Assembly (NCBI GenBank): GCA_963848965.1 | Contig: CAWKFG010000004.1 | Location: 224,001 to 288,000, forward strand | Length of the DNA: 64,000 nucleotides | Reading direction: 5' to 3' | Origin: an uncultured bacterium | Lineage (GTDB): Bacteria > Babelota > Babeliae > Babelales > Babelaceae | Part shown: in pieces, positions 53,028 through 62,238 of the stretch | Position numbering within the stretch: the first letter of the stretch is position 1 | How the letters are laid out: each line of letters starts with the position of its first letter | Notes under the pieces: model-generated | What the model saw: the letters and a program-made list of their open reading frames with translations, nothing else | What the model was told of the DNA's origin: nothing | Database searches by the model: none | Translations under genes and position numbers: made by a program

Positions 53028-53279
53028 ATGTACGAAATAGTAATCTCGTTACTATTTATCTTGCTAGGCTGCATTCTAGGCTTTATTAATGGACTTTCTC
53101 TGAGCTATCAGCAGGAGAAAGTCCCGCCTTTTTTATCCAGTCTTTTTTCCCTTATACGACTCTCTCTTATTGCAGCTCTCTTCTTTTATCTGTTGCGCTT
53201 GAACACAATACACTTTATACTTCTTCTTATAAGCTTTACCGGAACTTTTTGGGCAACGATTATACGACTTGTCCGTTAA
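53028..53279 (+). CDS. ATP synthase accessory subunit (AtpI/AtpR-like)
   Basis: Small 3-TM protein with an SLIRL motif immediately upstream of atpB. Confidence 0.6.
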   Translation: MYEIVISLLFILLGCILGFINGLSLSYQQEKVPPFLSSLFSLIRLSLIAALFFYLLRLNTIHFILLLISFTGTFWATIIRLVR

Positions 53280-53295
53280 CAAAAAGGTAGTATTT

Positions 53296-54072
53296 ATGGA
53301 AGGTTCTCACCTGTTTGAACAAGAAACGCTATGGTACCCCTTAGCTTTTTTAGGCATTACAAGTCCTCGTACTGCCGTCAACCTTACTACGGTCATGAAT
53401 ACCTGGGTTGCACTTGGCGTTATAGCCCTACTTATTTATGTAGGACGACGCTTTCTTAAAAAAGATAATTCTCTTGGACAGTATTTAGTTTTATCTTTTG
53501 TTCGCAGCTTTATCCAAATGATTGAGCAATCTACAGGAACATTCACCTATCGCTACTTCGCTTTTATTACTTCATTATTTCTCTTTATTATTTGCTGTAA
53601 CTGGGTAGCCCTTATCCCTACTGTAGAAGAACCTACTAAAGACCTTAATACTACTCTCTCACTAGGAATTATCGCATTTCTTTATATTCAGAAAGAGATG
53701 ATTAAAATACATGGTCTTAAAACCTATCTCAAAGACTACTTTGCACCAGTTAATATCTTCTTTCCCTTTAATATAATTGCAGGACTCATTATGCTTCCTT
53801 TAAAAGTACTTGGAGAAGTAGCATCAGTTATTTCTATTTCTTTCCGTCTCTTTGGTAATATTTTTGGAGGAGCAATCATTACCACTATCTTTCAAAAAGG
53901 AGTGTCTGGTTCAGTTATCTTAAACCTTGTAGGAACTCTTTTTGGTATAAATTTGATACTTATTGGCTTCTTTATCCTTTTTGAAGGATTTTTACAAGCA
54001 TTTGTCTTTTCTATACTTTCACTTACAAATATTGCAATGGCAGTTCAAATCGAAGAGCATGAGGAGCACTAA
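53296..54072 (+). CDS. atpB: F0 ATP synthase subunit a
   Basis: PTKDLNTTL, SISFRLFGN (conserved Arg), EGFLQAFVF. Confidence 0.95.
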   Translation: MEGSHLFEQETLWYPLAFLGITSPRTAVNLTTVMNTWVALGVIALLIYVGRRFLKKDNSLGQYLVLSFVRSFIQMIEQSTGTFTYRYFAFITSLFLFIICCNWVALIPTVEEPTKDLNTTLSLGIIAFLYIQKEMIKIHGLKTYLKDYFAPVNIFFPFNIIAGLIMLPLKVLGEVASVISISFRLFGNIFGGAIITTIFQKGVSGSVILNLVGTLFGINLILIGFFILFEGFLQAFVFSILSLTNIAMAVQIEEHEEH

Positions 54073-55031
54073 TGGCACTTTCTCCATCATTTATTCACCA
54101 TTCTGCAGTAGCGTTAAGCACAGCTATTACTGCGCTTGGTGTGAGCATTGGGCAAGGAATTACTAGTAAGGCAGCCTTTGATGCCATAGATCGACAGCCT
54201 ACGTCTGCAACAGATATTAGTAGAGCTACGCTTTTATCACTTGCTATTGTAGAAACAGGTGCTATTTTAGGCCTTTTAGTGTCATTTCTTCTTTTTTTTC
54301 AGCCAGTAGACGAGCTTCATAAAGCAATTGCTCAGTTGGGTATGGCTCTCTCTACTGCACTGCCCGGTCTCGTTATTGGTATTGCTGCCGCATTACCTGC
54401 ACGAGAGGCACTCATCTCCATAGCACGGCAACCTTTTTTAGGCAAAAAGATCATGAACTTTATGCTCCTTACACAATCTCTTATCCAAACTCCTATGATC
54501 TTTGGTTTTATTATAGCGCTTATTATTCGTACCCGTATAGATGCTATTACAACAGTTGCCCAAGCATTTGTTCTTCTTTCAAGTGGTCTGTCTATAGGTA
54601 TTGGCTGCATAGGGCCTGCAGCTGGTGTAGGCCTGTTTGCAAAAACAGCTTGTCGTAATATTGGAGTTAATCGAGCTGCTTATAACAAGCTTTTTACTTT
54701 TACATTCATTAGCCAAGCTATCATAGAAACACCCGTCATCTTTGCTGCAATAATTTCATTTTTTCTTACCAATAAAGCAACTACACCTATGAGCAATCCT
54801 TTACTAGGAGGTACTCATATGTTTTTTGCAATTACTATGGGTCTTGGAACACTAGGTGCTGGTATAAGCTCTGGAAAAAGCGCAGCAGCCGCATGTAATC
54901 AAATAGCCCTTAATCCTCAAAGCTATAATATGCTTTCTCGTTCAAGTATGATGGCCCAAGGACTTATTGATACGTGTGCTGTCTATGCCTTTATTATAGC
55001 ATTGTGGCTCATACTGCTACCTCTTACCTAG
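54072..55031 (+). CDS. atpE: F0 ATP synthase subunit c, four fused hairpins
   Basis: Four ~80-aa repeats with GxGxG-like helices and RQP/RQP/VNR/LNP loops; E61, Q139, E219, D300. Confidence 0.9.
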   Translation: MALSPSFIHHSAVALSTAITALGVSIGQGITSKAAFDAIDRQPTSATDISRATLLSLAIVETGAILGLLVSFLLFFQPVDELHKAIAQLGMALSTALPGLVIGIAAALPAREALISIARQPFLGKKIMNFMLLTQSLIQTPMIFGFIIALIIRTRIDAITTVAQAFVLLSSGLSIGIGCIGPAAGVGLFAKTACRNIGVNRAAYNKLFTFTFISQAIIETPVIFAAIISFFLTNKATTPMSNPLLGGTHMFFAITMGLGTLGAGISSGKSAAAACNQIALNPQSYNMLSRSSMMAQGLIDTCAVYAFIIALWLILLPLT

Positions 55032-55150
55032 GACTATAAGTCAGATAAAAGTTTATTAAAAACAAAGTCTTTAAAGTTCAACTTGAATTTAATACCAGAT
55101 AGGCTATACTTAATGAAAAACTATATTTTTTACCTGTTAATCAAATAATT

Positions 55151-57271
55151 ATGAAAATAAAAATCATTATAATAAGCACTTTTTTTCTCTTTTCGCTTGT
55201 AGCTATGGAACCACAGCCAAATCCCATCACTTCTAAAGCAACAAGCATTAATCACGCAAATACCTCTTTGACTATGCTTCTTGTTCATCATATAGCACAG
55301 CAGCTTGCATCATTCATATTACATGAGAAAGCCCGAACATTTGTTAAACCGGTACCTTTTTTAGATAGTAAAGCAAGCAGTACTAATGAGAACTTTCAAG
55401 AGCAGCTGAATAAGATAAGAAATATTTATCCTGAACTTTATAATAAAATTCGTCTTATGCTTTCACTTTATATAATTATAAGTAAAGCAACAAAAGACGA
55501 GAAACATGCTCTCCTTTTAACACTCTGGCAAGATAAAAGCAGTCGCTTTATACAGTTACTCATACATGAACTTCTTTCTCATACTTCTTTACAAGAGATA
55601 ACAGAACTTTTTCCATTAGCGCATACCATCGCACCCATACAACCTCCTTTTGCACAAGATAAACTCTCTCTTATGCATGTAGCTTCAATGCTTGATGATG
55701 CTTCTGCTGTTGAGTGCTTACTTTCATTTAATAGCACATCTTATGATAGAACTTCGGTGACAGAAGACACACCATGCCATTATGCAGCCCGCTATAAAAG
55801 CACTACAGTATTTTCTTCCTTGACAACTATTCAGATGACTACAAAAGCTAATAAACAAGGAGTTTACCCACTTACACAAGCTCTTGTAAACAATAATAAA
55901 GAAGGCGCTCTGTTTCTTATGAATCTTCCTGAATTTAAAACAGATCAAGCCCTTATTGACAATGCTTTAGAACATCTTCTGAAGTATGGCAATAATCATG
56001 AAATAGCACGGCTCTTTTCTCAAGAACTTAAAAAAACTCCATTTTATAAAACCCTACACTCGTGCTTAAAATTTTTTCTTGCTATAGCAGCCCATGCTAA
56101 TGATCTTTTTGCTTATCCTTCAAAGGATTCACAAAAGCCGCATGATAAACAAATACCCTCGCTCTACAAATTTGCTCTACAACATGTTAATTTTCGCGAT
56201 CCTACATGTGGATTATGCCCACTCCATATAGCAGCTGCATTTAATAATCTAAAAGCTGCAGAATTTTTAGTATCACATGGAGCTCATTTAGAAGCAGAAA
56301 CGTCTCAACATTTTTTTTCATTTGTCTATCAAGCAACACCATTACTTATAGCCGCTCGAAAAGGTCATTTTAAAATGGCTCACTATTTGCTAACTCAGCG
56401 CAAAGCACATACATGTTCCTCTTCTGGCATAAGCGTTCTTCATTGTGCAGCAATGAGCACAAATTTAAAGCTTATCAGATCTCTTCTTAACTATAATAAA
56501 CAACTAAAAGATATACAGTATCAAGGCGCTACGCCACTTCATATAGCAGTACTTACAGAAAATGTGCCCCTTGTACAATTATTTCTAGAGCATACCTTTG
56601 ATAAAGAGACTACAACAGATACAGGTCTTACTGCTCTTGCAATGGCGCTTCAATTTAATGAACATCCAACTATCACCCAAATGTTGCTAGAAAGCGGTGC
56701 ACTCATTCCTGAGCTCATTTTTGAAGAATCGCCACTTTGCTGTGCAGTTACTAAGAATTGGTTACCTATTGTTAAACTTCTCGTTCATCGAGGCATTGCA
56801 GTAAATAAAGTTAATCTTCTAGGCCTTACTCCCCTAGCAATTGCCGCACAAAATCGAAGTAAAGAAATTTTTGATTTCCTGCTCTTACATGATCAAACTA
56901 CAGATCTTTTACAGACTGCTCTTGAAAAAGAAGATACAAATATACTTTCTTTCTTACTTGATTACAAACTCACTAGTGAAAACGTTAATTTTCTGTGCAG
57001 AGCCATTACTCTACAGAAACAAGCAATTGCTAATCTTCTCATTGACAGGTATTCACACTTACTGGTATTAATGAATGAACAGGGTGAGACCCCGTTGCAT
57101 ACTGCAGTCTTAAGCAAAAACTATACAGTATTAGAGCGCCTTATAGCACAGCCATGCTTAATAAGTCTTCATAATACAAGAGAACAAACTCCCTTAGACC
57201 TTGCTCATGGTTTAAACGATGATAAAAGCATTACATTATTAAGTACCGCAGCTAATAAGTCATGTACTTAA
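55151..57271 (+). CDS. Large secreted ankyrin-repeat protein
   Basis: Many TPLH/TPLL ankyrin repeats; signal peptide. Confidence 0.92.
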   Translation: MKIKIIIISTFFLFSLVAMEPQPNPITSKATSINHANTSLTMLLVHHIAQQLASFILHEKARTFVKPVPFLDSKASSTNENFQEQLNKIRNIYPELYNKIRLMLSLYIIISKATKDEKHALLLTLWQDKSSRFIQLLIHELLSHTSLQEITELFPLAHTIAPIQPPFAQDKLSLMHVASMLDDASAVECLLSFNSTSYDRTSVTEDTPCHYAARYKSTTVFSSLTTIQMTTKANKQGVYPLTQALVNNNKEGALFLMNLPEFKTDQALIDNALEHLLKYGNNHEIARLFSQELKKTPFYKTLHSCLKFFLAIAAHANDLFAYPSKDSQKPHDKQIPSLYKFALQHVNFRDPTCGLCPLHIAAAFNNLKAAEFLVSHGAHLEAETSQHFFSFVYQATPLLIAARKGHFKMAHYLLTQRKAHTCSSSGISVLHCAAMSTNLKLIRSLLNYNKQLKDIQYQGATPLHIAVLTENVPLVQLFLEHTFDKETTTDTGLTALAMALQFNEHPTITQMLLESGALIPELIFEESPLCCAVTKNWLPIVKLLVHRGIAVNKVNLLGLTPLAIAAQNRSKEIFDFLLLHDQTTDLLQTALEKEDTNILSFLLDYKLTSENVNFLCRAITLQKQAIANLLIDRYSHLLVLMNEQGETPLHTAVLSKNYTVLERLIAQPCLISLHNTREQTPLDLAHGLNDDKSITLLSTAANKSCT

Positions 57272-57355
57272 CAGTTCTCTATCGTCTCTATTATTTTTTG
57301 CTTATTTTATGCTACACTTGCACGTAAGAGAATCATTATATAACAAAGGACTCCC

Positions 57356-58816
57356 ATGAACTTTGCGTACCTTATTTCTTTTATTTCATACTTTGCCTTC
57401 TTTTTAGGCTTAAGTATTTATTTTTATAGGAAGAACACTAATGCAAGCTCTTTTATTATAGGCAATCGATCAATGAACTACTGGGTTACTGCTATCTCTG
57501 CACAAGCAAGCGATATGAGTGACTGGTTGTTTATGGGATTTCCTGGCCTTATTTATGCTTTTGGACTCTTTAATGTGTGGGTAGCTCTTGGGCTTATTGT
57601 ATTTATGTTTTTAAATTGGCATTTTATTGCACCTCGCTTAAGAACTGCAACTGAAGAGTACCAAAGTTTAACATTAGCATCATTTTTTGAACATCGATTT
57701 AAAGATACTTCAGGCACACTACGGTTACTCACTGTTTTCTTTACCTTGTTCTTTATAAGCTTTTATATTGCTGCAGAATTAATTGGCTTAGGACGCCTCT
57801 TTGAGACAACCTTTGGAATTAACTATAATCTTGGTATTGCAATAAGCATAGCACTTGTCGTGCTTAATATTCTTATTGGAGGATTTGTAGCGCTTGCATG
57901 GAGCGACTTATTTAGAGGACTTTTTCTTCTTCTTATGATTATACTAGTACCAGTAGTAGCACTTATGCATGTAAGCACTACTCAATCAATTACTCAATAC
58001 CTTTCTTTTTCTACGTTTACCTCAAAACTTGTTCCTGATTACTCATGGACAACGATAAGTAGTATTCTTCTTCTAGCAACAGGATGGGGCCTTGGTTATT
58101 TTGGCTCTCCGCATATTCTTATTAATTTTATGGGTATCGAAGATCCTAAAAAAATTCATAAAGCTAAATATATTGGTATTACCTGGCAGACGCTCGTACT
58201 GAGCGCAGCAACTATTGTAGGGCTCGTAGGGATGCTGTTTTTTGCTCAACCACTTGCTAATCGAGAATTAGTCTTTGTCGAAATGGTTAAAAGCCTCTTT
58301 AATCCACTGCTAGCAGGATTCATTTTATGTGCAATTTTAGCTGCAACTATGTCTGTTATGACTGCACAAATTCTTGCTACCGCATCTATTGTTTCAGAAG
58401 ATTTCTTTAAACGTATAATTACTACTCGTCTTAATGCACACCACTCATTGTGGCTCTTACGAGCTTGTGTTATAGTTATTCCACTGCTCTCTTATCTTAT
58501 TAGCTATAACAATACACATGCCGTAAATGATTTGGTAAGTTATGCTTGGTCTGGTCTTGGTCTCGCCTTTGCTCCTATAGTGATCACTGCGCTTTATTTT
58601 AAACGAGTAAATAACTATGGCGCTATCGCTGGCATGGCTTTTGGCGGAATCATGGGTACCGTATGGCCCTCTCTTAACACAGGTATTATGCCACTGCTTC
58701 CAGGCTTTATAGCTTCAACTATACTTATCTTTACCGTTTCAGCAGTCACAGAGAGGAATAAAGAAAAGATCTCTACCTTTGCACAAAAGATGAATAGCTA
58801 TTTTAAAAAGGCTTAA
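57356..58816 (+). CDS. putP: Sodium/proline symporter
   Basis: SAQASDMSDWLFMGFPG, APRLR, GWGLGYFGSPHIL, AILAATMS, YAWSGLG. Confidence 0.92.
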   Translation: MNFAYLISFISYFAFFLGLSIYFYRKNTNASSFIIGNRSMNYWVTAISAQASDMSDWLFMGFPGLIYAFGLFNVWVALGLIVFMFLNWHFIAPRLRTATEEYQSLTLASFFEHRFKDTSGTLRLLTVFFTLFFISFYIAAELIGLGRLFETTFGINYNLGIAISIALVVLNILIGGFVALAWSDLFRGLFLLLMIILVPVVALMHVSTTQSITQYLSFSTFTSKLVPDYSWTTISSILLLATGWGLGYFGSPHILINFMGIEDPKKIHKAKYIGITWQTLVLSAATIVGLVGMLFFAQPLANRELVFVEMVKSLFNPLLAGFILCAILAATMSVMTAQILATASIVSEDFFKRIITTRLNAHHSLWLLRACVIVIPLLSYLISYNNTHAVNDLVSYAWSGLGLAFAPIVITALYFKRVNNYGAIAGMAFGGIMGTVWPSLNTGIMPLLPGFIASTILIFTVSAVTERNKEKISTFAQKMNSYFKKA

Positions 58817-58935
58817 AAGGTGGCCATTTGCTCTTTTTAGAGACTTGCTCTATAATTTCTTATTGAAACATTTTTTGAGGTACTATACCTCTAGCACTAC
58901 ATTCAGATATGAAATATTTTAAAGCAAGGATAGTT

Positions 58936-60360
58936 ATGTTAAAACAAATACTCGTTAGTATATCATTGGTATTGTTACCATCTTTAGCATCTGCTATGCA
59001 GAATGATCACCTATTCCAGCTTATACATAGAGGAGATATAGAATCACTAAGAAGGTCATTGGCAACTGGCATCTTTATAAATGCACAAAATAAGTATGGA
59101 AATACTGTTCTTGCAGAAGCTGTTTTACAAGGCAATAAGGATATCGTTAGTCTCTTTATTAATGCTCGAGCTCCTGTTAACGTTCAGGACAATATGGGCA
59201 TGACACCCCTTATGAATGCAGTAATCCAAGACAGAGAAGATCTTGTAACCATGCTCTTAAGAGCAGATGCAAATCCTAATCTTGTTGATCGTAATGGAAC
59301 ATGCGCTCTTAGTTTTGCAGCCCGCTTAGGGTTAGAAACTATAGTAAGAATCCTTATTGAGTACGGAGCTGATGTCACTAGAGCAGACAACAAGAAAGAA
59401 ACGCCTATTGTACATGCAGCTAAACAAAATCAGCTAGATATTGTAGCTCTACTAGCTCTTGTAGGATCCCCCTTAAAAGGACTTGAACTTTATCCAAAAG
59501 CTCTTGCAACTGCTCAACAAATTTTAGAACAATCACAGCCCTCTAAAGAAGAGCAAAATAAACAAAAAGGTTTAAAATTTATTTATGGTTTAGAAGCACA
59601 GCGAGGAAGACGTCCAAGCATGGAAGATGCTCACGTAGCTCAAGTACCTTTTGCTGATAACCCTGCGATGGCCTTTTTTGGAATTTTTGATGGCCATGGC
59701 GGTGCAGATGTAGCTCACTACTGCGCTAAAAATCTTATGCCCGCATTACAACAATGCCCACTGTTCTCGTCAAATATGAGAGCTGCTCTTATACAAGCTA
59801 TAGAGAAAACTAATAGCGACCTCGGTAAATCTGATCTTAAAGATGCAGCAGAGTTTATGGGGAGCACTGCTATTGTAGCAGTTATAAAAGATAATGATCT
59901 TTTTATAGCTAATGTAGGCGATTCACGAGCTATTTTATCAAGAGGCGGAAAAGCAGTTGCTCTTTCACAAGATCAAAATCCAACTCGTCCAGATGAATTT
60001 GAACGTATAAAAAATGCTGGTGGCTTTGTACGCGATAACAGAGTCGGCGGAACACTTGCAGTATCTCGAGCCTTTGGCGACTTTGTACTTAAATCAGTAG
60101 GACTTATTGCTACTCCTGAAATTGAGCATACTGAAATACAGCCTGAAGATGAGTTTTTAATTCTTACCTGTGACGGTATTTTTGAGAGTAATATTTTGAC
60201 TCGTCAAAATGCAGTTGATATTGTAAGAGGTGTATTAGCGAAATACAAAGATGATCCTCTTGCTCCTACTAAAGCAGCACAAGAGCTTGTTATTACCGCT
60301 TATAACAGAAAAAGTGGCGATAACTTGAGCGCACTTGTTGTAGTATTTAAAAGAAGTTAA
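58936..60360 (+). CDS. Secreted ankyrin-repeat + PP2C (PPM) Ser/Thr phosphatase fusion
   Basis: Signal peptide, about 4 ankyrin repeats, RRPSMEDAH, DGHGG, ANVGDSR, LAVSRAFGD, CDG, GDN. Confidence 0.92.
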   Translation: MLKQILVSISLVLLPSLASAMQNDHLFQLIHRGDIESLRRSLATGIFINAQNKYGNTVLAEAVLQGNKDIVSLFINARAPVNVQDNMGMTPLMNAVIQDREDLVTMLLRADANPNLVDRNGTCALSFAARLGLETIVRILIEYGADVTRADNKKETPIVHAAKQNQLDIVALLALVGSPLKGLELYPKALATAQQILEQSQPSKEEQNKQKGLKFIYGLEAQRGRRPSMEDAHVAQVPFADNPAMAFFGIFDGHGGADVAHYCAKNLMPALQQCPLFSSNMRAALIQAIEKTNSDLGKSDLKDAAEFMGSTAIVAVIKDNDLFIANVGDSRAILSRGGKAVALSQDQNPTRPDEFERIKNAGGFVRDNRVGGTLAVSRAFGDFVLKSVGLIATPEIEHTEIQPEDEFLILTCDGIFESNILTRQNAVDIVRGVLAKYKDDPLAPTKAAQELVITAYNRKSGDNLSALVVVFKRS

Positions 60361-60365
60361 CAAAC

Positions 60366-60408
60366 AGAGTCCCGGTTCAAAGAAAATTTTCTAGAACCGG
60401 GATCTTTT
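60366..60408. terminator. Bidirectional terminator
   Basis: TCCCGGTTC...GAACCGGGA stem between convergent genes. Confidence 0.65.
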
Positions 60409-60413
60409 ATATA

Positions 60414-61091
60414 TTAAGCAGCATCTTTTGTTTCAAATGCTCCTTCAAAGACAAATTCCTTAAAATCTTTGCGATCAGTTGGAACTTCTCGCGCACGTAA
60501 TTCTTCTGGTAATACATGAGCGCCTGCTGGTCTTCCAAAAGCATACATTGCTTCTACTGTATAACCATCTGGTATACCGAGCTCTTTACGAGCACGATCA
60601 TAATCAAAACCACTCATGCCATGCCCTACTAAGCCCATTGCACTTGCCTGTAAAAGCATATTTTGTGTTGCAGCTCCTGTATCAAGCGAATGGGTAGGAG
60701 AAGGCTCATTATTTTTATCAAAGGTATTTTTTGAAATCACAAGTACTAACGCGCCTGCATTGTTCACCCATGATTTATTAAACGGAACAAGAAGATCGAA
60801 AAGCTTATCCCACGAAGCAGTACCTTTTAACGCATAAATAAAACGCCACGGTTGGCCGTTATATGATGATGGAGCCCAGCGAGCAGCTTCAAATAATGAC
60901 ATCAACTCTTTTTGTGAAAGCGCTTCTCCAGACATTGCCCGAGGTGACCACCGTTTAATAATAAGAGACTCTACAGGATAGAGTGCTTTACGAGGCCCTT
61001 TATAAGCTCTCTTATTTTCAATGTACGCATACACTGCTCCACCAGAAAGCAGTGCTCCTGCAATAAAAGCTAAGACAACTTTTGAATTCAT
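60414..61091 (-). CDS. Nitroreductase family protein with an N-terminal TM/signal
   Basis: KRWSPRAM, AARWAPSSYNGQPWRF, DTGAA, HGMSGFD. Confidence 0.92.
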   Translation of the reverse strand: MNSKVVLAFIAGALLSGGAVYAYIENKRAYKGPRKALYPVESLIIKRWSPRAMSGEALSQKELMSLFEAARWAPSSYNGQPWRFIYALKGTASWDKLFDLLVPFNKSWVNNAGALVLVISKNTFDKNNEPSPTHSLDTGAATQNMLLQASAMGLVGHGMSGFDYDRARKELGIPDGYTVEAMYAFGRPAGAHVLPEELRAREVPTDRKDFKEFVFEGAFETKDAA

Positions 61092-61261
61092 AGAATCCTT
61101 TCGATTACATTCTTGTTATTGTATACTAACTTCTGCTAAGAGCCTATGTACATAAGCTCTTTCTCTACTCAAAGTACATTAAGAGCTGCCGACTGAGCCT
61201 ACCAAAGCATTGTATTGAGACTACCATACATTGCTAAAAAACGCACTATGCTCTTAGAAGC

Positions 61262-61738
61262 TTATTTTCTCGTCTCTTCAAATCGAGAAACATCAACAAG
61301 CAGATTAAGACCCTTTAAAAAAGAGCCTATTTGATTATCAAGCACGCTAAAGAATTGCTCATCTACCTGTTCTACTACCATAAGAGCTTGCATTAAAAGC
61401 CTTGAGCCTGCTTGCGTAAGCACAAGCGACTTAGCCCGAGGATCATGAGGATGTATCTCTCTTACTATAAGCTTTTTAGCTTCTAGTGTACGCACTACTT
61501 TAGAGGTCATCATAATATCAGTTTTTGCATGTTGAGCAAGCATAACCTGTGTAACAGAAGCATTCATTTTATTAAACCATCCAATACCTGCAAGAAGAAC
61601 AAACTGAACATGCGTTAAAGCAAGAGGCTTTAATGCTTCACTGATTTTTCGTTGCCAGAGGTTACTGACTTGCCAAAATACAAACCCGAGACTTTGCTCG
61701 GGCCGTTCTTTAGAAAATGTTACCTGTTGTCTCTTCAA
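61262..61738 (-). CDS. MarR family transcriptional regulator
   Basis: LTHVQFVLL, MTSKVVRTLE, DPRAK..LT..G. Confidence 0.9.
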   Translation of the reverse strand: MKRQQVTFSKERPEQSLGFVFWQVSNLWQRKISEALKPLALTHVQFVLLAGIGWFNKMNASVTQVMLAQHAKTDIMMTSKVVRTLEAKKLIVREIHPHDPRAKSLVLTQAGSRLLMQALMVVEQVDEQFFSVLDNQIGSFLKGLNLLVDVSRFEETRK

Positions 61739-62106
61739 CTAAGATCCTCAACTAATTGAAAAGTGTTATTATCAGGATCTACAAATGTTGCCAATTTAAC
61801 ATGACCAGGAATTTCAATAACTCCACCTAAAAATTTTACACCTTTTACTTCTAAATTTTGTTTTGCTTGCTCAATATTATCAACTTTTAGCGTAAGCACT
61901 GTATTACTTCCTGGCCTATGCTGCTCTTTTTCATGTGCACGGGCTACTCCAAGCTTTGCTCCACCTTCTTTTCCTTCAAGCTCAAGCCACCCAAGTTGCT
62001 CATTACTAGTTGTTAACTCAAGTCCTAATGTATCACCAAAAAATTTGCGTGCTTTTTCTAAATCAGAAACGGTGATCCATCCAAGATCAATGCTCTTTAC
62101 CTTCAT
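61735..62106 (-). CDS. VOC/glyoxalase family protein
   Basis: VSDLEKARKFFGDTLG, VDNIE, FVDPDNN. Confidence 0.9.
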   Translation of the reverse strand: MKVKSIDLGWITVSDLEKARKFFGDTLGLELTTSNEQLGWLELEGKEGGAKLGVARAHEKEQHRPGSNTVLTLKVDNIEQAKQNLEVKGVKFLGGVIEIPGHVKLATFVDPDNNTFQLVEDLS

Positions 62107-62146
62107 AAGACCTCTTCTCTATAAAATGTTAAAATCTCTAACCATG

Positions 62147-62175
62147 ATTATAATAACCGCGGTTATAAATGTCAA
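62147..62175 (-). promoter_or_regulatory. Consensus sigma70 promoter with a 14-bp palindromic operator in the spacer
   Basis: Minus strand TTGACA-N17-TATAAT; ATAACCGCGGTTAT at 62153-62166. Confidence 0.8.
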
Positions 62176-62192
62176 GATTATACAACCCATTA

Positions 62193-62223
62193 TAAAAAAA
62201 TCGAGGGCCCTAAGGCCCTCGAT
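62193..62223 (-). terminator. Intrinsic terminator
   Basis: ATCGAGGGCC-CTAA-GGCCCTCGAT with a T tract on the minus strand. Confidence 0.8.
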
Positions 62224-62238
62224 AAAAAAGCATGGTAA

